Positions 52,453 to 63,938 of a stretch of 63,938 bases of DNA are shown here, one piece after another; the stretch's first letter is position 1, and each line of letters opens with the position of its first letter. The notes beneath the pieces are model-generated. The model saw only the letters and a program-made list of their open reading frames with translations. It was not told where the DNA came from and searched no databases. The DNA is taken from the NCBI GenBank assembly GCA_051294375.1, contig CM119263.1:18955502-19019439 (forward strand), given 5' to 3'. Position numbers and translations under genes: made by a program. This DNA is from Paraspadella gotoi (lineage: Eukaryota > Animalia > Chaetognatha).

Positions 52453-55020
52453 CTCCCCCCCAAACCAGCCCTTACCTCACTTACCCAATTGACCCAATCG
52501 GCCTACTTTTTTTCCGGCCCGGACCGAGGAAGCGGCCTCAGTGGAGAGGAGGACATGACGTCGATAGGATTCTCCGAATCGCCCGCCTTTTCGGGTGAGG
52601 GTTGAGCGAGGGGGACGGGGTAAGTCTGACCGAAGCATTCGAAAAGGACCATCACCATTCACATTCCATCACGAGGTTTTGTCAGTGTCGCCCCTGCGTT
52701 TGAAGAAGAAACCGTCGGCCCAGCCATCGTGACTTTAATGTGAACCCACTGTCCTTCCCGGATATTTTAAACCACAGATCCATCCATTCCCGCCCCGATT
52801 TCCCTTTCTGGACCCACCACGCCCCGCCTACATTTCCAACTACACCCGGCAACCCCCTCCGCCTTTTTACATTGAGGATCCGCCCCTCTCAAGAAACAAC
52901 AACACCCACTTTGATAATCAACTCCCGATCCATCATTTTTCACTCCCGACTCACCTCGATTCCCCAGTCCAGTTCCATCCACTCCGAACCGCTCCCTTTC
53001 CCACCTCGCCACCCCTACCCCCAATTCAGTCNNNNNNNNNNNNNNNNNNNNNNNNNNNNNNNNNNNNNNNNNNNNNNNNNNNNNNNNNNNNNNNNNNNNN
53101 NNNNNNNNNNNNNNNNNNNNNNNNNNNNNNNNNNNNNNNNNNNNNNNNNNNNNNNNNNNNNNNNNNNNNNNNNNNNNNNNNNNNNNNNNNNNNNNNNNNN
53201 NNNNNNNNNNNNNNNNNNNNNNNNNNNNNNNNNNNNNNNNNNNNNNNNNNNNNNNNNNNNNNNNNNNNNNNNNNNNNNNNNNNNNNNNNNNNNNNNNNNN
53301 NNNNNNNNNNNNNNNNNNNNNNNNNNNNNNNNNNNNNNNNNNNNNNNNNNNNNNNNNNNNNNNNNNNNNNNNNNNNNNNNNNNNNNNNNNNNNNNNNNNN
53401 NNNNNNNNNNNNNNNNNNNNNNNNNNNNNNNNNNNNNNNNNNNNNNNNNNNNNNNNNNNNNNNNNNNNNNNNNNNNNNNNNNNNNNNNNNNNNNNNNNNN
53501 NNNNNNNNNNNNNNNNNNNNNNNNNNNNNNNNNNNNNNNNNNNNNNNNNNNNNNNNNNNNNNNNNNNNNNNNNNNNNNNNNNNNNNNNNNNNNNNNNNNN
53601 NNNNNNNNNNNNNNNNNNNNNNNNNNNNNNNNNNNNNNNNNNNNNNNNNNNNNNNNNNNNNNNNNNNNNNNNNNNNNNNNNNNNNNNNNNNNNNNNNNNN
53701 NNNNNNNNNNNNNNNNNNNNNNNNNNNNNNNNNNNNNNNNNNNNNNNNNNNNNNNNNNNNNNNNNNNNNNNNNNNNNNNNNNNNNNNNNNNNNNNNNNNN
53801 NNNNNNNNNNNNNNNNNNNNNNNNNNNNNNNNNNNNNNNNNNNNNNNNCCGTCACAGAAATAAGAAGAGATGGCCGCGTCATCTATCGGGGAAAAACGTC
53901 GCCTCACGTCGTTTGTTTTTGTTTCCCCGGATGTATAATGCTCTATCGCTCGTTCTTACCCTCTCTCAGAGTGTCTCCATCTCTCTCTCTCTTTTTTCTA
54001 TTTAAATTTAATGAATTCTCCCAGGCNNNNNNNNNNNNNNNNNNNNNNNNNNNNNNNNNNNNNNNNNNNNNNNNNNNNNNNNNNNNNNNNNNNNNNNNNN
54101 NNNNNNNNNNNNNNNNNNNNNNNNNNNNNNNNNNNNNNNNNNNNNNNNNNNNNNNNNNNNNNNNNNNNNNNNNNNNNNNNNNNNNNNNNNNNNNNNNNNN
54201 NNNNNNNATAATTAAGTTTCGAGTTCGCCCGATGATTTAGTTTCCAGAGTTTTTCTTTCTCCTCTGCGCCGGAAATCACGAAGTTCACCCAAGAAACGAA
54301 ATTTACCAACTTAAAAACGTATGAATGAAACGGACGTTCGCAGTTTTTTAAAACTTTAAATATGCAGACATTTAAATCTTTAAACAATTAAACTTTTATT
54401 TTTTTTAAGAAATTCTCCATCTTTTGAACAAAATAAAAAATCTAACTGTACATGCCACGACAACAAAAATAAGAATACCGACACTGACAATGTCTCTTAC
54501 TACAACGAGAACCAACATCGATGGAAGCAATACTACCCTGTCCCCCCCAGCCTCAATCAAAGGATGAGAAGAAAATGGAGAAAAGAAATTTCATACGAGT
54601 TGTAATTAATGCAAACGGATTTTGGATTTTTCATTTTCTAAGAATTNNNNNNNNNNNNNNNNNNNNNNNNNNNNNNNNNNNNNNNNNNNNNNNNNNNNNN
54701 NNNNNNNNNNNNNNNNNNNNNNNNNNNNNNNNNNNNNNNNNNNNNNNNNNNNNNNNNNNNNNNNNNNNNNNNNNNNNNNNNNNNNNNNNNNNNNNNNNNN
54801 NNNNNNNNNNNNNNNNNNNNNNNNNNNNNNNNNNNNNNNNNNNNNNNNNNNNNNNNNNNNAGAGAGAGATCAGGATTTCTAAGGAAAGAAAACACAAAAA
54901 TCGGACAATGAAAAAGGGGATAAGAAGGAAAAAAGAAGGCGGATGTGTTCACAATTCAAAGAGAAATATTAGGTTTTGGAAAAAGAAAATAGAAGGAAAA
55001 TTAATGAAGAAAAACAAAAA

Positions 55021-55084
<64 letters not shown>

Positions 55085-56352
55085 AATGGAGGAAGAAGGA
55101 AAAAGCGGAAATGCCTTATTCATACGTCCATTGGAGAAGCCGTTACGTCGGTCGCGAGGTTTCCTTGGATGTCAGCATCGCACCCCCCCCCCACCAGTGG
55201 CTGTCGACTTCTCTCGTCGTTGACTACGCCTCCTTGTTCGCCAGCGTTTTCCAACGTCTCTATTCTATGCATGAAGCAACAGCGTTGGTGTTCGCTTTTT
55301 CGTTGCGCTGCGTTTTCGCTGCTGAAAAAGACATGTCCATTGACGGCGCTTCTCCCAGTTAACAACGCCGACTCACTTTGCTTAGTGAATTCAAAATCCG
55401 CGTTAAACTAATGAACAGTCGAGGTTTTTTCGCAAATTTAAGAAGATTTTTAAGCGCAGAATAATCAGTCATTTCGGAGAAGGGTTCTCGCCGTTAAAAA
55501 TCGCCTTCGCGTCCCTCCCAACCTTACCACTCAGCTACACCACCCCGCCCTTCCCAACCAACGCAGTCGTTTTCTCTACCCCCGTCCCACTTCCTCATAA
55601 CCGCAAAACCCACCTCACTCCATCCCTTACCCGCCACCTCCGCCATCCTTAACGCGGTCACGCCCTCTCTCTCAAGTCAAAGGACGTTTTTTATCGAGGA
55701 ACATTTTTTATAGACGGAATTTTGTATAGCGAAACTTTCTTGTGGAACACGAGGCTTCTTTTACTACGAAAAAAAAATTGGTTTCGCCCCAAGAGGAGCG
55801 GATAATTAAATGAAAGCAAAAGGGGGCGATGGGATGGACGGTGAAATGTCAACCTGGAATGTTTATCAACATAATAAAAAAAAATCAAACATCAATCAAT
55901 AATTGAATTAGTATATATAAATAAGTTGGTCAATAGATCAAGAAACCGTTTTCTTCAGACATTGTTCGACCGAAAGCTTCCAGATCAAGAATCATATATA
56001 GACATATGCGAACATACGAGCAAAATTTTGATAATTCATGGAGTCTTGAAAGCAGCTAAAATATTCCTCGGATTTCTGATTCATCGAGAGAAGGAAATGT
56101 GATATTTCGCCATAATATTACGTAGGGTTACAAGGTTAATGGAGATTGTATAAATAAGATATAAAAATTTCACGCAAAGCGAGCGCCGTTATCGTTTGGG
56201 TGAAAATAACGTTATATCCTAACTCTCAAAATATCTTTTTTACATATGTATAAAAATGAACATTTTTCAGTTCGTGCGTCTGTGAAAGTTGTTAAATTTT
56301 TAAAATAATAAGCAAAATTGATTTTTAAATAATTTTTCCCCCTTGTTCTCAG

Positions 56353-56476
56353 GTTCCGGTCTTAACAACTACAACTGCTACGTTGAGGGTCACACCATTA
56401 ACATCACGTGCGCCTCGGGTCACGTGATTCGCGTCGTCCAGTCTCTCTACGGAATTTCACAACAGCGCGGAAACAG
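56353..56476 (+). CDS. SUEL-type (galactose/rhamnose-binding) lectin domain, N-terminal exon
   Basis: ttttccccttgttctcag|gt then SGLNNYNCYVEGHTINITCASGHVIRVVQSLYGISQQRGN, matching the SUEL pattern C..E......C..G..I....(A/S).YG. Ends ag|gtcgga in phase 2. Confidence 0.85.
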
Positions 56477-57439
56477 GTCGGAGATGGGTGTTGAGAAGAG
56501 GCAGAGGAGAGATGTGATGGAAATTGCTAGGGGGATGTGAAAGGGAAGGAGCCAGAGTTGTGAAAGAGAAAGAGGATAAAAAGGGAAGATGACGGGGTGG
56601 ACAGAATGGAGTAGGTTGGGATGAAAGTTGGGAAAGAAAGAGTACTAGTAGTAATAAAGAAAGGAAGAGAGATAAGCAAAAAAAGAGAAAGAGAAAAATT
56701 TTAAAAAAGAGAAAAGTCAAAAGAAAAAATGGGAAACAAAAATAGGGAAGATCAGAGTTAAAAACTGAGGAGTTATTAAACAAAGTAAAACGAAAAAGAA
56801 AAGAGATGGCAGAAGGGGAACGTAGTTAAGGGGAGAAAGAAAGTAGGCGTACATGTCACAAAAAAAAGAAAGACAACCTAAACATTGCGCAAATTTTTTT
56901 TTTAATCAAATTTGTTTAATAGTTTTTTTATAAATATTATTGATCTATATTTTCATAATAAATTTAGCTTACCATTTGTAAGCAATGATTTTGAAAGTAA
57001 CTACTGAAAAAGAGTGTTAGAGCAGAAGACCTATTTATTTATATTTTAAAGTATTATAAAATTTAAATAACTTGACAAATTTTTTTAACTGATATAAATG
57101 AATTTTTTTTCAAAAAATCTATATTCCCATTATAATTTTTATGATACTTATACTATAGTATCTAAAAATTAATACTTAAATATTATTTTAATTTTTGTAG
57201 AATCTTCAAAAATATTTTTTCTTATTTTTGTGTTTGACCATTTATATTTGGTGCTAAAGTTCTAAAATGGCTGCTTAAACTTTTTTACTTAAACATTTGG
57301 CTTCTATTTTTAGATATTTAATATTTAATATTTAAACTACACATGCTTAAAACGTGCGCAATTTAAGATTTAGAGTGTCCTTTTTTTTTTGCGCAGGACT
57401 GTACATTCATTCCCACCTTCTCGCTCTCCAAACCTCCAG

Positions 57440-57611
57440 GTGCTACTACGAACACGGAGACTGTTACACGGACGACTCCTCGCGGATCAGACAGACCTGC
57501 GCGGGAAGCAGAAGTGTGTCCTTCGAGTCGATCGTCGATACTTGGGCCACCGCTGCGGCGGCAGCGCCCTCATGTCCGACTACCTCTACATCACTTACGA
57601 ATGCGTGGCGG
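57440..57611 (+). CDS. SUEL-type lectin domain, C-terminal exon (1-nt frameshift near 57503-57507)
   Basis: cctccag|g in phase 2 matches the previous exon. CYYEHGDCYTDDSSRIRQTCAG/KQKCVLRVDRRYLGHRCGGSALMSDYLYITYECVA fits the C.GK..C and YL.I.Y.C hallmarks. Donor g|gtgagt in phase 1. Confidence 0.85.
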
Positions 57612-57693
57612 GTGAGTTGAGGGTGAGGGAAGACTTTGACATCATCGTTGAGCGGTTGGGATTCACAAGATTGGCAGGTAGGTGAGGATGCAG

Positions 57694-57775
57694 ATCGAGT
57701 GTTGAATGCCGATTTTGAGACGGGTATGTTCTGAAGGAATCGTTTCGGCATCACCGATGAAAGAACTCTCGGCTG
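57694..57775 (+). CDS. Possible next exon with a MAM-domain-like start
   Basis: cag|at in phase 1 gives DRVLNADFETG (compare MAM C.FE.G). It may end at gtatgt (57724) or at gtaagt (57776); the latter includes an in-frame TGA at 57732. Weak acceptor context. Confidence 0.25.
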
Positions 57776-59477
57776 GTAAGTTTGTTTTTTTGTTTTTTTT
57801 GAAAGTTTGAAGACTAAAGGATATTTTCGAAAAGAATTTTAGATGCTCTTCATATGAAGTTGCAAAAAAAAATACTAGCTTAAAATTATCTGAATTTAAT
57901 CAATTTGCAATAATTTTTTCCCAACAAAAATTTTTAGCCATAGATTGTGATAGAATATAATTTTTTTTTCCGCGAGATCTTCTACTCCGATTTATTCAGG
58001 TTATATTTTCATGAATTCGGCAAAAGAAACCCCCCCCCCCAAAAAAAAAAAACCGAAACGAATTTAAATATTTCTCAAGTACATAATTTGCAAATATTTT
58101 CCTCTCGATCGTTTCTGAACATCAAACACCCATCGGTCCCATCGCCCCTAAAATTTTATTTGAACTCGAGAAAATTTTTTTTTTTTTTTGCACATAATTT
58201 GAATTTCATCGCGAATCCCTTTGCCCTAGAATTCTTTCTCAAGTCTTATCACTTTGCTCTCATTCAAACTCTCAATAGTACTGAGTCAATTGAGTCAATA
58301 TTAATCCCTGCTTCCTTTCACCAACTACATAAGATACCTCGCGTTTTAAATTCTCAAGCTTGCGATCTAGATTTTTAGGACGTCATTAACTTGGTCTCTC
58401 ACCTTTGATTACAAGCATTCCTTGAAAATGATATTCAATTTAACGGAGATTTTTCAATCTTAGCTCTTTCCTTCTCTTTCGACTCTTCTCTTTCTCGTGA
58501 GCTCTCGGCTCAGGCCTTCACATCTTCATTCACTTTCTTCCCTTGATTCATAATTATATTTATTCCTCCTTCCCTTGATTCAAACCTTTATTCATAACCT
58601 CATACATCCACGATTCTTCCACTCCAGCAATCGAGAAACCTTCTCTTTTCTCCTCGCATCCCGAGTCATTCACTCCAAGTTTCACACTCGCATGCAATTA
58701 TTTCACGCTCGCATTTCATTCCTAATTTCCCTAACCCTTTCCTAACCGCCGCTCACTCCTTCCTTAACTCCTTCCAATTTTAACTCTTCCCCTCTTCTCT
58801 CCATCCCACCTTCGCAACAAAAAAAAAATCCCCGGGGAAGAAACAAGGCGCGGGGTTTTTATTCAAATGAGGACGAAAAACCCATTTTTTAATCAGGACT
58901 TTCGAGTTGCGACGACAAAAAAGTGAAGCCCGCAAATTAACGAGGTGCAATTTTCGCTCGCCCCAACCGTGACGTCCCCGGCCAGAGCCGCTCCGCCGGC
59001 TCCAACGGCTCCACTCATCACCCACTCCTTCTCCACAACCTTTCACAAACTCCGAACCTCATCTCTCACTTTTCCAGTTTTCACCACCAAGCATTCACTA
59101 TCGTTGCCTCTCACCGCCTTTCGCTCGTCTTTTCGTCGCAATATAAACCAGTTCCCAGAGTCCACCTGTCACCGTTCACAGAGCAACTCAATCGCCATTC
59201 AGCTCGGAGTCCGCGTCCGTCCGGCGAAACGTGAACTTGTTTGATGAACAGACAAACCGGTCTCGGTGGGTTCCGTCGGTCGGTCGGTCCTCAAACATGA
59301 GAAATGGAAGGGTTCGATGACTTTGTAGAAAAAATAATAATAAGAATCCCAACATACGGAGTGGAAAATAGTTAAAAATAAATAGACATTAATCTGAATC
59401 GTTTTTCCCTTAATGTATTTCTATTTTTAATATTCAATCTTTCAATCTTTTTCTCGATCGAATGATGTTGTTTCAGA

Positions 59478-59629
59478 CTCTTTTTATTTAACGTTCACTC
59501 TCGCTCACTCGCTCTTTATCTCTCTCTCTTTTTATTTAACGTTCACTCTCGCTCACTCGCTCTTTATCTTTCTCTCTTTTTATTTAACGTTCACTCTCGC
59601 TCACTCGCTCTTTATCTCTCTCTCTTTTT
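59478..59629. repeat. 48-bp tandem repeat x3
   Basis: ctctttttatttaacgttcactctcgctcactcgctctttatctctct, with acgtt at 59491, 59539 and 59587. Confidence 0.92.
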
Positions 59630-61475
59630 CCTCCACCATGCAATTCACCATCAATAATAATCAACGTTAATTATATTATGAATTTGAGGGAAAATTTAAA
59701 CAATCGAGTACTCAACGGTTTGATCGTTAAATTCTCCCAGATGACGCATCCACTTTTCATTGACGACAACTCGTTACGCATCGCTACTCACGGCCGCAGT
59801 TCCGCCGACGAGCAAGCGTCCCATTCGCTCCCCCCAAGCACCTGCGCCAAGCACCAAGCCCTACCCCAAGCATCTCCCTCCTTCCCAGTCAAAGTCGTTT
59901 TCTGCAGTCTCATCTGCTCTTCCTCTTACTTTTCCTAATAAAGTCATAAACAAAGGAAATTTCTTTTTCCTTTTTTTTTTTTACTTCGATGAGATGGAAA
60001 TGAATTCTCGACGTCTTGGCGTCTGACGGCGTCATTGTCGTCGCCATCGTTGCCGTCGTCGTCGGCGACGGCGTTCCCTTGCTTCCTTCGTCGTCTCTGT
60101 GTTTTTGAACATCGGCGTCGTCGTCGTCGTCGTAGTCCTCGTTTGACATTAGAGTCGGGATTGAACCTTCGCCCTTTGCAATCTCTCGAGTCGTTTAAAG
60201 AGTCTCCGTTTTTCCAAATATGCAAACTTAATTGTCTCCCTCGTCTTTTGTTAATCGTGATGTTGTCGTTGTTGTCCTTTTCTAGGAAATCGGTTGTTAA
60301 TCGTTGCTAATCCAAAAAAAAAGCGTCACCCAAAGTATCGAGCGATTTGGCAAAAAACCCTTGACTGAACTGCGTTGTTTATGCGCCATTTCGACCGGTT
60401 TTCGTCCAAAGTGTTCGGCGGCCAAACTAATTTCCAGCTTTCCTGCAGCATGCAGCGTTTAGACAATGAGTACTTTCGTAAAATTTGCTCGTTGCTATGA
60501 AGGAGATTTTAGATTCTTATATTTTTTAAATATTATGTATCATGTATTATGTATTATGTAACTCATTCTTAATAAAAACAAATTAATAGCTTTTAAATTC
60601 CGCGTATTCTGAGAAAACATTACAGTTAAATAAACCTCCCAGCGATTCCACACCTTTGCTTCAGAGTCAATGCCCTCATAATATTCAAATGTTCCGCCCC
60701 ATTGTTCCATTCCCCATTTGGAAAGCGAACTCGTTAGCCAAGATCGTTATTTGCGGCGCCATTCGGAAACTTCACCTCGCCTCGGTTTTTTTTCTGGGCG
60801 CCGGTTCCAAGTCTCTTTTGTATCGCGTTCATCGTTCACATTTTACATTTTCAGTTTTATCGCCGGATTGTTTTTGGTTATGTAAACATTGCTGACATTA
60901 TTCATTAAAATTTCGAGAAACATTTATAGTGGAAAACCGAAAGAACCGGAAAACCCAAAATAATTCTCAATTTTTCATCAATATTTCTTTTTTTTCGTCA
61001 TCTCGTCATCTCGTCCCACCTTCAATTTTTCGATGCTCAGTGCTCACTCTTTTTTTTTCTCTCTCTTTCTCAGTTTTTTTTCATCTCCTCTCTCTCTTGT
61101 TGCCAATAACCCATTTTCACCACGGAACACTATCTCTAGTATCACAAGATGTCCCTCCTCGCTTTAACCCTTCATCCTACTTTCCTTTTAACCCCCCCCC
61201 CTCGGTTTCCACCCTGGCCCTTTACGCTTACTTCCTCTACATCCCGTCACCGCCGCTTCCGCTTTCACACCGAATCTCTCACCTCCTTCACCCACTCCCC
61301 CGCAATCCTCTTTCACGTGACGCGCGTCTGGCAAATCGGGTTATCGCCTGACGAATCACAAACTCACAACAGAATCGAGTGAAGCGCGGGAATTCAGAAT
61401 CGTAAACAAGAAAAAAGAAAGAAAAAAGAAAAAAAGAAGATAGAAAAAAAGAGAATAGAAAGAATGCAGTCGAAA

Positions 61476-61584
61476 CGAAATCGGGATGGAATCGAGAATC
61501 GGGCTGGAATCAGGATGGAACCGAGATGGAACCGGGTTGGAATCGAATTGCAATGGAATCGGTATGAAATTGAGATGCAATCAG
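61476..61584. repeat. Degenerate ~11-bp tandem repeat (GGAATCGGGAT-like)
   Basis: gaaatcgggat ggaatcgagaatcgggct ggaatcaggat ggaaccgagat ggaaccgggtt ggaatcg... Confidence 0.7.
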
Positions 61585-62102
61585 ATAAGAGTTCTGAAAT
61601 TTTGCCTTTTTTTTTAAATTTTCTACGTATCAATTTAAATATCTTTTACATTTCATTTAGAATTTAAAGACTTTCAATATTTTCCAATGTGGCTTTCATC
61701 TCTGAAATCAAGAGATTATGGAGAAATCATAAACAGCATGAAACAAATGCATTATTGGTATTAGTTATTGTGTTAAAATATTTTTTTGCAAAAAAGAGTA
61801 ATTCGCTACTTAAAATTATTATATTGCTATATAATATCATTTTTTTTTGTAATATTTTAAATTTTTTTAATTTATTCTGATAGAGCTTAAAAAGTAAAGA
61901 AAAAAAAGTAATTACAACTTTTTAAAATTTTGATGTTTTATTACTGAAAATTAGCAAAAGGTTTTTCCCAATTTTGATCTACTTATCATCAAAATATTGA
62001 AAAAAGAATTTTCCTACTTTATCTGAATCTGCTTTTAAAAATACAAAATTTCCTATCTATAAATTAATATTAAAAAAAAATTACAAATGCTTCAAGCCAT
62101 TT

Positions 62103-62328
62103 TATGAAAATTTGCAAATTACTTGTTTCACTATTTTTTATTTTTCTATTTTAATATTTTAATATTTTTATGAAGGATTTAGTATTTAATTTATATTATT
62201 TATTCAAACATATATTGCTTTCTTTTTTAAAATTTTTTTTTTATCTAATAATTCAATTTGGGAAGGGGAAGTCAGTGGTGTCTTCTGGAAATAGAGGGAG
62301 CATCTATGAAATTGGTACAACCAATATA
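62103..62328 (+). repeat. Dispersed repeat family B, partial copy
   Basis: ctatgaaattggtacaaccaatata (62304-62328) is identical to 22780-22804. The upstream part matches 8972-9165. Confidence 0.7.
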
Positions 62329-63051
62329 TAACACAAGGTTAGATTACTATCTGTCCTAGTTTTCTAATAGATATCACACATCATTTCTGTTAGAAAGTCA
62401 TTAAGGAAAAATCATAATATCTAAGAGGCTGAACCGAAAGGGGTGGAAATGGATAATTTTTTGAGGGACCAACGTTATATATGATTTTTTTTAACAATAG
62501 GGATAAGACTACCATGTAGAATTGTATGTTCTGATAGGGATACATACTGGGGAAAGGTCTATAGGGGCACCTTTATGTCATGAATATAATTTTAAAATAC
62601 TTTAATGAAAATTTTATTTTTTCTTTATCCTATTTTTTAATTATTTCTTTTTTGAATATTTTTTATCTTTTATGTTTATACAATTTATACAATTTATACA
62701 ATTTCTTAGAAATGTATGAAGTTTCATTTGGGAAGGTTCCCAAATCAAACATCTGACCCACCCCATTGACCCTTGGCCCTACCAATACATGATTTCTAAG
62801 ATAACAAAATTCATATAAACTGTAATGAAATTTTTGATTCACAATTTAACAATTTTAAATTGTATTAACAATTCACGATGTCTAACAATCTATTCTAAAA
62901 ATCAAAATTCTACTATTTTTTATTACTATTAAGATAAAATGCCACGGCTTCTTAAACATAAACCGCATTGGTCGCCCGCAGACACTCAGCTCCATTTTTG
63001 ACCGGCCCCATTTATATCTTTCGAATCATCGCCGTCGGAGTGGCTCTTTCA

Positions 63052-63088
<37 letters not shown>

Positions 63089-63637
63089 TCGCTCTCTCCC
63101 CTCCGGTCTCGACGTAATTGAGACTCGGATGTTCATTTGTCTTCCTTCTGTTGATCATCAGTTGTTTGGCGAAAAGTCGCTCCCGCCCTCCGTCGGCGAG
63201 AAGCGTCATCAGTCAGCGAGTCGTCGTCACCAGATCGCGCAGGTGGGGATATCGACCTCGTTTCATACGGGGGCTTTGGCATCGTTTAAATTGGAAGAGA
63301 GGGGGGGGTCTTAAAGCTTTAGTTAGTTTCAATTAACCGAACGTACAAATTTTAAAATGCATTCAAGTATAAATCTTTTTTTTTTAATATATTGGAGAGA
63401 GCTACATAGACTGCGAGAGATAGGGACAGAGAGAGAAACAGACAGAGACAGAGTGAGAGAGAAGAAAGAAAGAACAATTATGCAAATGAAGTAGATGTTG
63501 CTTAAATTGTATCAAGTGACGAGACGATGACACAAATCGAAATGATATTAGACGTAGAAGGTGCGAACATTGCAAATGAGCGAGAGAGAGAGAGATAGAG
63601 AGAGAGAGAGAAGTAGAAGAGGAGAGAGAGAGAGAAG

Positions 63638-63668
<31 letters not shown>

Positions 63669-63938
63669 CAGGGAAGATAAAGATGATGCAAATGGATGAT
63701 GTGAAGCGATGGAGATAAAAGAAAGGGGGGAGATAAAAGGAAAGAAAAGAAAAGGAAGAGAAAGAAAAGGAAGACTCCAGGGAAAGCGAGCGGACGGAAA
63801 TGACTGGAGCAAGATTGAACGCGGGTTATTTTCTCTAACGCTGCAGAAAATCAAAACAAAAGGAGCGACGTTGATGGCAAAACAGAATAAAAACAAACGC
63901 TTCGCTGTCGTAGAAACCAATTATGAACATTTTTTTTT

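Noticed and set aside
52740-55411. ORFs of 290-420 aa (also 8378-8900, 16457-16957, 17736-18878, 37294-38116)
   Set aside because: Their length comes from N runs translated as X.
59478-59629. Three regularly spaced near-identical 48-bp units, CRISPR-like at first glance
   Set aside because: The units are contiguous with no unique spacers, no cas genes are present and the context is eukaryotic; it is an ordinary minisatellite.
61476-61584. GGAAT-containing repeat resembling human satellite II/III (contamination)
   Set aside because: The period is about 11 bp, it is short and degenerate, and it is embedded in sequence of the host's composition.

Overview
Fragment of a eukaryotic (most likely invertebrate animal) draft scaffold, not prokaryotic DNA. 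It is dense in microsatellites ((AG/CT)n, (AAAG)n, (GAC/GTC)n, (GAT)n, (GACAT)n), has 16 N-gaps, and has GC/CpG-rich exon-like islands separated by GT-AG introns. Most ORFs in the supplied track are translations of simple repeats or N runs. Two genes are recognisable by domain. (1) A minus-strand gene at about 39.4-42.5 kb has at least four EGF-like domains, a Pro-rich linker, a Thr/Ala/Ser mucin-like stalk and a hydrophobic C-terminal tail. (2) A plus-strand gene at 56.4-57.6 kb has a SUEL/rhamnose-binding-lectin-type domain split over two exons. Weaker candidates are the terminal exon of a plus-strand membrane protein (38.3-38.8 kb), a micro-exon-rich gene at 1.1-3.6 kb and an Asp/Glu-rich ORF with a 132-bp tandem duplication (15.5-15.8 kb). 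Two dispersed repeat families are present, one DINE-1/Helentron-like. The assembly is error-prone: there are single-base frameshifts in exons, a missing splice AG, and duplicated or noisy sequence next to 25-N gaps (1-142 duplicates 6007-6140; 44.0-49.5 kb is an insertion-inflated copy of about 42-44 kb). I found no rRNA, tRNA, CRISPR array or autonomous transposon ORF, and no convincingly novel biological system.
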